This document shows positions 11,904-23,254 of a stretch of 64,000 nt of DNA, one piece after another. Position 1 is the stretch's first letter; each line of letters begins with the position of its first letter. The DNA is taken from the NCBI GenBank assembly GCA_964016885.1, contig OZ024746.1, forward strand, positions 18,600,001-18,664,000. The letters run 5' to 3'. The notes beneath the pieces were generated by a model. That model was not told where the DNA came from. It worked only from the letters and a program-made list of their open reading frames with translations, and searched no databases. This stretch comes from Eledone cirrhosa (lineage: Eukaryota). Both the position numbers and the translations under genes were made by a program.

Positions 11904-14786
11904 CATCATCATCATCATCGTTTAACGTGCATTTTCCACGCTAACATGGGTCTGGACGGGAATTGTCCACTTGAGGCAAGATTGGTTGTCTTGCTCAGGA
12001 CTGTCTGGCGGGTTTTCTACGGCTGGATGCCCTTCCTAACACCAACCACGTTTACAGTGTGGACTGGGAGGTTTTTACCGTGTTACCTACACGGCCGCAT
12101 TACAGCGTGGACTGTGTGTTTTATTGTCGTGACACCTACACGTCTGGTGAGTTTTCTACGGCTGGGTGCCCTTCCTAACACCAACCACGTTTACAGTGTG
12201 TACTGGGAGGTTTTTACCGTGTTACCTACACGGCCACATTACAACGTGGACTGTGTGTTTTTTTGTTGTGACACCTACACAACCTCATTTGTTTCGGACT
12301 GGATGTTGTGGTACTGACATAATTTCACATTTTAGGGGGTGGTGTGGATGGGGTGGGGGTAGTGGGACGGGGGTGTATTTTGTTAGAGGTGCCTACTGAC
12401 TGTAGGTTTTGCTTTGTACTTAGGCAAGGCGGGTCTTCTGTATAACTGTGTAGCGTCAAAGATCTCGGTCCAGTGACATTGTCTTGGAGAGGTGTAAGTG
12501 TGTGAGGTCGGAATTTATCAAGTCGTCCCAGGTTTTTCTGGTCTGCCTACTCCGTGGCTACCGTCTATTTTTATCGCCCTGCACTTTTTAATACAGCTGT
12601 CGTCTTTCATGCGCATCACGTGACCGTACCAACGTAGTCTTCTCTCGAGTAAACAACATCTGATCTCTCTTATTCCTAATTTCTCCCTTAGTTCGTTTAT
12701 GCTTTGCCGTTCACGTATATTACTATTACACATCCAGTGGAGCATGCAAGCTTCGTTTCTCTCCAGTCTGCGTATATCCTCTGCCCACAATGCCCAGGTC
12801 TCACTGCCATGTAACATTGCTGTTCGTATGCAGGCATCATACAGCCTGCCTTTCATTTTTAGAGAGAATCCTTTAGCGGCCAATAGTGGTATAAGCTCTC
12901 TGAACTTTTTCCATCCCGTTCTGACTCTAGCTACTGTACTTTCAGAGCACCCTTCCCCACTGTTGATTTTCTCACCCAGGTAACGGAAGCTGTCCACTAT
13001 TTCTATAGAACCATCTGTGCAATGGAATGAGCTAGTATTCTGTGGGCACTTGCTGCTACTTATTGTACCAGAGCACTGGCCACATATAAAATCTATATTC
13101 TTAGTTAGCTTACCTGTGATCCCACTACATCTTTTATGCATCCATACTTTGCATTTGGGACATAAAATGGAGTTTCTACCTACTCCTTTCCTACACACTG
13201 AGCATGGCCATTTCCCAGATGGGACCGGTGCCCTATTTTCCTTCCTACAAACTAGAACTTTAGTCTTAGACAAGTTAACTTTAAGGCCTTTTGATTCTAG
13301 GCCATGCTTCCATGTTTGGAATTTCTTCTCTAGTTCCGCCATTGATTCAGCTATGAGCGTTAGATCATCTGCATATAGGAGTTCCCATGGGCAGCCGGTC
13401 TTGAACTCCTCTGTTATAGCCTGAAGGGCAATAATAAATAGTAGGGGGTTAAGGACGGAGCCCTGATGAACACCAACTTTTACGCTAAACTCTTCACTAT
13501 ATTCGTTGTTAATTCTAACCTTGCTGACTGTTTCTTTATACATGGCTTGTATAGCTCTCACAAGCCATTCATCAACACCTAGTTTTCTAAGGGCCCACCA
13601 GATAATCGAGCGCTGTACTCTGTCAAAGGCTTTCTCCAAGTCAACAAAGGCTAAGTATAGGGGTTTACGTTTAGCTAGGTACTTCTCCTGTAGTTGTCGT
13701 ACAATGAAGAGAGCGCCTGTTGTACTTTTACCTGACACAAACCCGAATTGCATTTCGTCTAGATCAATTCGCTCTCTGATTAGTTGCGCTATTACTTTTT
13801 CTGTGACCTTCATGACCTGGTCAATTAATTTAATGCCTCTATAGTTTCCCCTATCTAGGGCATCACCCTTGTAGCAGTTAATGATAATGCTGCTGCGCCA
13901 GTCCTTCGGAACGACCCCATTCTGTATGACTTGGTTTACTATCCAAGTGACCATAGTGTGTCCCACCATTCCAGATGCTTTCAGCATTTCAGCAACTATT
14001 TCCGAAGGCCCGGCCGCCTTGCCCGTCTTCATGTCTTTGATCGCCTTACTTATTATACTACCTTCAACTTGCACTGCTGGTCCCTCTATTGGGTCGATGT
14101 GGGGGAGACTGTCTTTCTCCCAATTATTCTCCTCATTTAGTAGCCTTTCGTAGTGACACTTCCAAGCTACCTTCTTATCAGCGTCAGTAATGGCAAATAC
14201 ACCATCACCATTAAGGACACACTTCTCCCCGACAATATCACTGTTTTCCTTGACACATTGCCTAGCAATCCTGAACACCTCACGTTTTTGGTCCTCGCGT
14301 TGTAGAACATGCTTGAACTTTCTTTCCTCTGCTTCCCTTCTTGCGAAGTACACTTGTCTCCTAGCTTCCCTCCTGGTCACTTGATAGTCTTCTCTACTTC
14401 CCCCATCCCGCCATACTTTCCAAGCCTGCTTTTTGGCCTTAATTGACTCCTCCACCTTACTCTCCTATAGGCCTGCTCTCAGCCACAGACTTCATCTGCT
14501 GCCTTCAGCAGGTTAGCTTTCAGGAATTCCCACTGTTCCTCTATATTGTACGACTCTAATTGCTCTTCCTTACTGTCGAAAGCATCAAGTAATATGCTTT
14601 TAAATTTATTACTGACTGTGGGCTCCTTTAGCTTCCATATTTTTCTCCTGGGGATAGTCCTCTTCTGTTGTCGAGTACGTCTCGTCCTGACTATGAGGTC
14701 GCTAATTATGAGTCTATGTTGAGAGGTGCATTCTTCATGGGGGAGAGATTTAGTGTTTACAACAGACACTCTGTCACGTCTCCTGG

Positions 14787-14787
<1 letters not shown>
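11903..14787 (-). mobile_element. RTE-clade LINE, 5'-truncated (end of APE + RT ORF + 3' UTR + (GAT)n tail), inserted in (TA)n
   Basis: ORF 12518-14455 has RT motifs QFGF, AFVDLEKAFDRV, GVHQGSVL, LYADD, FRYLG and [13 protein letters not shown] 14479-14769 carries the APE end (SQHRLI). A deletion near 14460 and a terminal frameshift relative to the 37.6-kb copy indicate it is defective. Confidence 0.93.
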
Positions 14788-14834
<47 letters not shown>

Positions 14835-15147
14835 GGGGGGGATTATATATATATATATATTTCTGCTTCTTGGTGTATAAACATCTTAACTCAGCCTATC
14901 ACCGACTATTATAACTGGACTCCATATACTCACCTGTTTTAATAAAATCACACAAACAAACATATTTTAACAGAAAATCGCCAGGAAGTCTATTTCTGCT
15001 TGCAGGTGTATAAATTAGAAATTTTAGAAAATACGTAACTCTGACGACCTACCTACCATCCCTACAAATAATAACTGGACTCACCCACTCACCTGTTGCT
15101 TTAATTTACCTGAGGCGAAAAGTAGGTCATAGTTAATAATTTCGATA

Positions 15148-18100
15148 ATGGCGGGTCGTACTTTGTTTTGGATGAGTTTCGCCTGTACAATGAGTGCTTT
15201 CTGGTGTATGTTTGTGGCCTTTGCTTCACCCTACTGGATTAAATCATGGACCCGTGTACATAGTCCCCTGGCGAATTTAGGTCTTTGGCACGTTTGTCTA
15301 TCAGGCTACATAAAACCTCGAGACCCGACTTTACATTCTTATGTCGGTTGTTGGTGGATACATTCTACAATATTTAAAGATGCTTCTTACAACATTATGC
15401 CACGTAAGAAAATAAAATATTTTAATATTTCAGTTTATTTCTATACTTATCTAATTGTATTATGAAGTTTGAGTCTAATTAATTTGGCCGCGACCCATAT
15501 ATATCAACTACTAACTCTAATTTCGACATTTTAGCAGTTTGAGAGATTCACATATTTAGTTACACCCTGAAGATAATTAACATATCTAATCTTCATGGTA
15601 TTTAACTTATAAATAATATTTGTACAAACTTATTGAAATTCCACAATCTTATATATAAATCAATCAACACGTATGGTTCAAAATTTACTTCCGGTATCTT
15701 CAATGACAAATCTTATTAAATTGCCACTTAATTTAGTTTTATTTTTTATTGATAAATTACATATGGTTAACAAAAGAAACTATGAATAAAAATGCGAAAG
15801 CAAAAAATCCCAGAATTTCACAAATCAACAAGAAATACTTGTATTTCTCCTCTCAAAGTGTTTTTTAAGTGACCCCAAAACACGCATAACCATCTATGAC
15901 AGTTTTACGTTTTTGTCTTAATTTTATTAAACGGAAAAGAACTACATTAAACAATCCAGGGACTTCTCACTCCTACTAAAGGGACTCCACAGCTTCCTAC
16001 CACTGGCCAATATCGCAAATTTTATTAAATATCTTATTTTGTGATTCGATGTATTTTATTTTATCTTATCATTTTTGTCAGACTGGTAATCAAGTACAAT
16101 CGCAATAGGTTTATCAGAAATAGCATGTACACTATGTGTATCATCACCATCATTTAACGTCCATTTTCCCACCCTAGTATGGGTTAGATGAGTTGTCCCG
16201 TTGCTGGACAAATCAGATCAGGTAACTATGTCTTGCTCTTACAGAACTGTATGGTTTGGTTTCTACGACTGAATGCCCTTCCAAACGTCAACCACATTTA
16301 CAGCGTGGACTGGGTACTTTTTGTCAGAGCACCAAAACGACCTCTTTACAGCATGGACTGGGTGCTTTTTGTCGTGTCACCAACATGACCACATTACAAG
16401 TTGCCCGTGTTAATGTATTTACTAATCAAATCAAAAATCAATTCTGATAACTAAATATTGAGAGAACATTACATTTGAAACAATTGTCAATACATTGCGG
16501 GTGGAGTGGGGTCTTTACATAGTTTACAAATTTATGTTCTAATAGTAGATTGTTTATTTACATTTCTGGCCGATTAGTAAAGCTTAAAAAAACACAGAAA
16601 TGAGTGGTCAGCCTCACTATGGTGTAATGGTCGCATAACTACACGATATACAGTTGGTATGAGTTTGAGTCCCACGAGTGGCACTGCCCACTTTTCTTTT
16701 ATCTCTCGAGGTTTATATGACCAACTTGAAGCTGTTAATTTAATATTCAATATATATATCATCATCATCCCTACTCCAGCCCACACTGTAAAGTCGTTGT
16801 TGGCATCACAGCAAAAAGCACCCAGCACACATTGTAAATGTGGTTGGAGTTAGGAAGGGCATCCAACCATAGAAACCAAACCAGAAACAGTTCTGTATGA
16901 GCAAGTCACAATCACCTGACCCAACTTGCCTTAAATGGGACACCCCCTCATGCTAATCTGGAAAATAGATGTCAAATGATGATGATGATATATATATGTA
17001 TATATAAAGTAATAATAATAATATTTATACTTATATATGAGTTATATATAATTATAAATATGTGGGTCACTACGAGAGACTATTAAATGAGAATAAATGG
17101 GAAAAAGATAGTCTGCCCCAAATCGATCCAATAGAAGGACCAGCGGTGTAAGTTAAAGGTAGTATAATAAGTAAGGCAATGAAAGATATGAAGGCAGCTG
17201 GGCCTTTGGAGATAGTTGCTGAGATGTTGAAGGCATCTGGAATGGTGGGACATACTATGGTCACCTGTATAGTTAACCAAGTAATACAGAATGGGGTCAT
17301 AACAAAAGACTGGCGTAGCATCATCATCATTAACTGCTACAAGGGTAAAGGGGATGCTCTAGATAGGGGAAACTTAGAGCATCCCCTTTACCCTATGAAG
17401 GTCACAGAAAGAGTTATAGCGCTACTAATCAGAGAGCGAATTGATCTAGATGAAATGCAGTTTGGGTTTGTGTCAGGTAAAAGTACTACAGATGCTCTTT
17501 TCCTTGTACGACAACTACAGGAGAAGTACCTAGCTAAATGTAAACCCCTATACTTAGCTTTTGTTGACTTGGAGAAAGCCTTTGACAGAGACCCCGCTCC
17601 ATTATCTGGTGGGCTCTTAGAAAACTAGGTGTAAATGAATGGTTTGTGAGAGCTATACAAGCTATGTATAAAGAAACAGTCAGTAAGGTTAGAATTAACA
17701 ATGAATATTGTGAAGAATTTAGTGTAAAAGTTGTTGTTCATCAAGGCTCTGTCCTTAACCCCCTCCTATTTATTATTGCCCTTCAGGCTATAACAGAGGA
17801 GTTTAAGACCAGCTGCCCATGGGAACTCCTATACGCAGATGATCTAACTCTCATAGCTGAATCTATGGCTGAACTAGAGAAGAAATTCCAAACATGGAAG
17901 AATGGCCTAGAATCAAAAGGCCTTAAAGTTAACTTGTCTAAGACTAAACTTCTAGTTTGTAGAAAGGAAAATAGGGCAAGGTGCCCTCAGGGAAATGGCC
18001 ATGCTCAGTGTGTAGGAAAGGAGTAGGCAGAAACTCCATTTTGTGTCCCAAATGCAAAGTATGGGTGCATAAAAGATGTAGTGGGATCACAGGTAAACTA

Positions 18101-21100
18101 TCTAAGAACATAGATTTTATATGTGGCTGATGCTCAGGTGCAATAAGTAGCAAGCGACCACAGAATACTAGCTCCTTCTATTGCCCAGATGGTTCTATAG
18201 AAATAGTAGACACTTTCCATTACCTGGGTGACAAAATCAGCAGAAGGTGCTCTGAAAATACAGTAGCCAGTCAGAACGGGATGGAAAAAGTTCAGAGAGT
18301 TTATACTGCTGTTGGCCACAAAAGGTTTCTCTCTAAAAATGAAAGGCTGATTGTATGATCCCTGCATAAAAACAGCAATGTATCAAATTGTATCAAGTAA
18401 TTATAAACCTAGTCTTCAGAACATTGATAAGGATACATAACTATTGATAACTCATATGTAAGTATAAATATTATTATTATTACTATATCATCATCATCGT
18501 TTGATATCTATTTTCCCCACTAGCATGAGTTAGACTGATGTCCCATTTAAGGCAAGTTATGTATCGTTATCAATGTTCTGAAGACTAGGTTTATAATTAC
18601 CTGTTTAAACATTGTGTATGCTCCGATATGCTCTGATGATATCAGACATTCGTCTGGAAGAAACAATTGTCAGCAATTAAATGCATTAAACTAAAATTTG
18701 ATTGTTTTATATTTTGTATATATATATATTGTGTGAATAATAAACAATGTATTGGCTGAAAGGTTACTGGGGTGAATTAGCTTATAGATTTAGAAGGGTT
18801 TTAAATAAACTAAAACAAGATTAAAGTAGTAGAAAAGCCAGGAATCTCCATCAAATTTCTAACCAGCAGATCTTATCCATTGAAGAAAAACAAAGATAAG
18901 TAAAGATACATGAAGGCTGACGGGAGGCTTGCCAGAGGATACCACAGATATACCACATATGTAAATAGATGTGTAATGTTGTTTGAGAACTGAGAGAAAA
19001 AGTGGGTATAAGAGGAATCAGATGTGTGCAAGAGAGGAGGGTATGATGGTATAGATATGTGATGCATATAGATGATAATCACTGGATGAAGAAGTGCAAA
19101 ATAATCCCAGTGGAAGGAAGCTGCAGTAGAGGAAGACCAAGGGAACCTGGACAGAGATTGCGATAGCTGATGTCACAGAAGTGATGATGTTGGAACAGAA
19201 TAAGTGGAGGGATGCTGTACTGAAAAAGACTTGTCCAGCCCATGAAAGTGTGGAAAGCAGATGTAAAACGATGAGGATTATATATATATATATATATATA
19301 TATATGACGTTATAGTCACTTATATATTATGAAATACTGTTGGCTTAACACTCAGAATAATTTCTATACTTTCATTTATATATATATATATATATAATAT
19401 ATATACTTACAGCTTTGCATGTAGGATGAAGATGATGTTCTTTAAAACATAAATGGCATGGCGCATAAGGATGTTTTAATGTTTGATAATGCAATCATTC
19501 TTATACACTTTTGAAAGTAAAAAATGTTAATCTGTTTCTATTCTATTTCTAGATTGGTTCCGAGCAGTACAGGCTTTTGCTATCTTTACACTTCTGTGTG
19601 ATCTAGGCTGCCTTATTCTTATGGTGCTCTATTTGTCCCCATACACTAACCAATCAGTATTTGAAAACAGAAAAGGAAAGCTTTTTACTCTCATGTGTGT
19701 GCTTAATGGTCTTGCAGGTTGGTACAAATACATTTATTAATAACATTTTGATTTCTAATATGGTAACTTTAATATTTATATATCTTCATATTCTGAGAAA
19801 AATTGCTGTTTTTACCCAATTAGGATTAATTAAAACTTAAAAGGAAATCTAGAGTGAATTAATAGATGTTAGAATTGGCAGTCATTAGAACGTTGGTTAG
19901 AGTGCTTTGTGGTATTCATTCTGGCTCTTTGCCTTCCATCCTTTCGAGGTGGATAAAGTTTTGGGATCAATTCTTCCTCTACATCTCTTTCTCACTTCCA
20001 TCCTTCTCTGGGAGAAATCTACTGTGTTCAGACCTGGAGAGGAATTGGGCTCTGCCTAGCTTAAAATGGCCAAGTTACACTGTATGTCAATATGGTGCCC
20101 CTACGACTCCCTCGGGAGTTACAGGACCATACCATTACAAGTTAATCCAGAAACACAGTATTAAATGACACAACATTGATAATATTAATAATACTAATGA
20201 TAATTTGTTGAATTGTTTTAGTGTTTTGATACAATTCTATTTGTTTGATTTAGATGAGATTCTTAAGAAAGATGCTAATATCTTGTTTTATGTAGGGTTA
20301 ATCTGGTTGAAAACTAATATTGTTATATTATATGTAGTGATTATATACATATAGTGTATAGTCTGCTGTATATCAGATATACAAAATACAATTTAAAAAC
20401 ATTTAAATATTGTAAAATATTTGCTTGAAGTCATTCAAGCAAAATCAGTTTACCAGTTTATTGTTAAATATAGAAATTTACTGCAAATTCATATAGATTG
20501 GTGAATTTTTTCCATTCAGGAGCTTCTATGCTCAATTTGTTAGATTACTTTTCATAGTCAAAAAACAAAAAAATCATGTGTTGAAGCTTGTAACTCCAGA
20601 TTAATTTTCAATAAATACATATCCACTCAATGTTTCTAAAGATAGATCATCTTTTTAAATTGATTATATTTACATTTTATAATTTAATGATCAGACCCAG
20701 GCTTCTGATGTTCAACTTGGATTTCTGTAAGTTGATGTATGTTAGGAAGATATATAAAGTTGGGAGAGAATTTATGACGGCTGTAGTTTTGGAGATATGG
20801 GTTTGAAGGAGGTTTTGACGGTATATATTACACAATAGAGTTGCTGAAGGGAGATGATGCAGGAGAATTAGAGGTGAGAGGGCAATAGTACACAGCTTGC
20901 TAGTTTTCAATCTATACAACATTTTATTCAATCAATCTATCATGTTCCAACAACTGGTGCAACCAGTCATTGGGGCACCACTCAAGATGTGCAACTGATG
21001 TAGCCAGTCATTGGGGTGCCACTCTTGATGTGCAACTGATGTAATCAGTTGTTGGGGTGCCACTCTTGATGTGCAACTGATGTAGCCAGTCATTGAGGTG

Positions 21101-22655
21101 CCACTCTTGATGTGCAACTGATGTAATCAGTTGTTGGGGTGCCACTCTTGATGTGCAACTGATGTAGCCAGTCATTGAGGTGCCACTCTTGATGTGCAAC
21201 TGATGTAATCAGTTGTTGGGGTGCCACTCTTGATGTGCAACTGATGTAGCCAGTTGTTGGGGTGCCACTCAAGACGTGTAACTGATGTAACCAGTTGTTG
21301 GGGTGCCACTCTTGATGTGCAACTGATGTAACCAGTTGTTGGGGTGCCACTCTTGATGTGCAACTGATGTAGCCAGTCATTGGGGTGCCACTCTTGATGT
21401 GCAACTGATGTAACCAGTTGTTGGGGTGCCACTCTTGATGTGCAACTGATGTAGCCAGTTGTTGGGGTGCCACTCAAGATGTGTAACTGATGTAACCAGT
21501 TGTTGGGGTGCCACTCTTGATGTGCAACTGATGTAGCCAGTTGTTGGGGTGCCACTCTTGATGTGCAACTGATGTAGCCAGTTGTTGGGGTGCCACTCTA
21601 GATGTGCAACTGATGTAGCCAGTTGTTGGGGTGCCACTCTAGATGTGCAACTGATGTAGCCAGTTGTTGGGGCACCACTCTAGATGTGCAACTGATGTAG
21701 CCAGTTGTTGGGGTGCCACTCTAGATGTGCAACTAATGTAACCAGTTGTCGAGGTGCCACTGAAGATGTGCAACTGATGTAGCCAGTTGTTGGGGTGCCA
21801 CTCAAGATGTGCAACTGATGTAGCCAGTTGTTGGGGTGCCACTCTAGATGTGCCACATATGCAGCCAGTCATTGATGCGCCACTCTAGCTGTGCAGCTGG
21901 TGTAGCCAGTTAGTATGCCACTCTAGATGTGCCACTGGTGCAGCCAGTCATTTTGGTGCCACTCTAGATGCTTTTGTAGTCAGCCTTTGCTACTGGTCTC
22001 TGTTATGTATAGAAGGGTCTTGGTGTTGTGGCAAGTCCAGTCTTTGATGTTGTCAGATCATGATTTTCCTTGTTTGCCTCTCCTTGACCCTTCCTTGACT
22101 GTGCCCTGAAGGATGGTTTTAAACAAAATTTTATTGCATTAGTGTAAAAGATATTGAAAACAATCTACACCAACAAAAATACAAATTAAATAATATCTTT
22201 GTATCATGCATTATGTCATCACTTCTATAAAAGGATTTTGTTATATAAATTAAGTTATTTAATGCAGAAAAGTTATTAAATATATTGATTTTCAATTTAT
22301 AAATGATTTTGAGAATATTTTGTATAAAATGTTCAATTTATAAATTATTCTGGCAGTGTTTTGTATAAAATTTTCATGACCTTTTCTTCAAATTACAGAC
22401 ATTAAATTTTGTATATTTATTATTTTTGCAGCTTTTTTTGTCTTCATGGATTCATTGATTTTCGCAGAGAAGTCTATTGATCCTAACTGGATGCCAAGAC
22501 CCTGGATGAACTATTTGTCATTTTCTTATGGTCTAAATGTCCTCTCTGGCTTCTTTAGTGCTTTTTCCTGTATGTTTGTCTTTTTGCTACTTGATGTCAT
22601 TAAAACTCATCCTGAGAAGCAACCATCGAAAGACAGTAGATCTGGCTTCATCTAA
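15148..22655 (+). CDS. Claudin/PMP22/EMP-family tetraspan protein (invertebrate septate-junction claudin-like), 3 coding exons, 214 aa
   Basis: Exons 15148-15403, 19553-19717 and 22432-22655 are joined by GT-AG introns with matching phases (1,1), total 645 nt. The protein has the claudin first-loop signature W..S...NLGLWHVC...C, a WFRAVQ motif, four hydrophobic segments and WMPRPWMNYLSFSYGL, as in the Drosophila pickel/kune-kune/sinuous-type claudins. Exact orthologue not assignable by eye. Confidence 0.88.
17062..18380 (+). mobile_element. RTE LINE internal RT fragment, same family as 11903-14787 (claudin intron 1)
   Basis: ORFs 17179-17628 and 17646-18026 are near-identical to the 12.5-14.4 kb RT, with stops and frameshifts. 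Confidence 0.92.
18629..18675 (+). ncRNA. Minimal type I hammerhead ribozyme in a Penelope-like fragment
   Basis: TGCT-CTGATGA-tatcagac(attc)gtctggaa-GAAAC-AATT-GTC-AGCA. Palindromic ACAATTGT stem III and a GUC triplet. Preceded by a 46-bp inverted repeat (18396-18441 / 18555-18600). Confidence 0.72.
20955..21980. repeat. 41-bp minisatellite, about 25 copies (claudin intron 2)
   Basis: Unit gatgtgcaactgatgtagccagttgttggggtgccactctt, degenerate at both edges. Confidence 0.97.
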
Positions 22656-22986
22656 TTATGGATATCTGGTATGTAATTCATTTGTCTTTAAAAGTTTTTT
22701 TTAATTTTTACGGTATTTTATGCAAATTGTTCCTTTTCAAATTATTATATATATATATAAAACCTGTCCTACAGGGTATGTGGTTACCATCATCATTGTC
22801 ATCATCATCGTTTTTATGGCAACTTTTTCTTGCTAGCATGAGGTGGATTACATTTTTTTTAGGCAATGTTTTATAGTGTCGTTTTTTATTACACCTATTC
22901 TGAATCAAATAATATATTAAAGTTAATATACAATGATGAGTTGTAGTGCACCTGAGCACTGTACACAATAATTTCATTATTATCAT

Positions 22987-23028
<42 letters not shown>

Positions 23029-23196
23029 GCTTATTTGTTTGTCTCCATTGCACTTGGACCAATCATGTTTAAACTTGAAATGAGAGTTCCATAGACTCAG
23101 GAATAGGTTTTCCTCACTGAAATTAATGCTTGCAAGCTTTCACAACTGTAGCATCACTTCTTCATAGTCAGTCAGCCTATGAACTTTTCAGGCTAT

Positions 23197-23254
<58 letters not shown>

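Noticed and set aside
12699-14384. Plus-strand ORFs opposite the RTE RT
   Set aside because: Antisense shadows of the LINE ORF.
20932-21872. Repetitive 60-127 aa ORFs, and a CRISPR-like appearance
   Set aside because: These are a by-product of a 41-bp intronic minisatellite. There are no unique spacers and no cas genes, and the context is eukaryotic.
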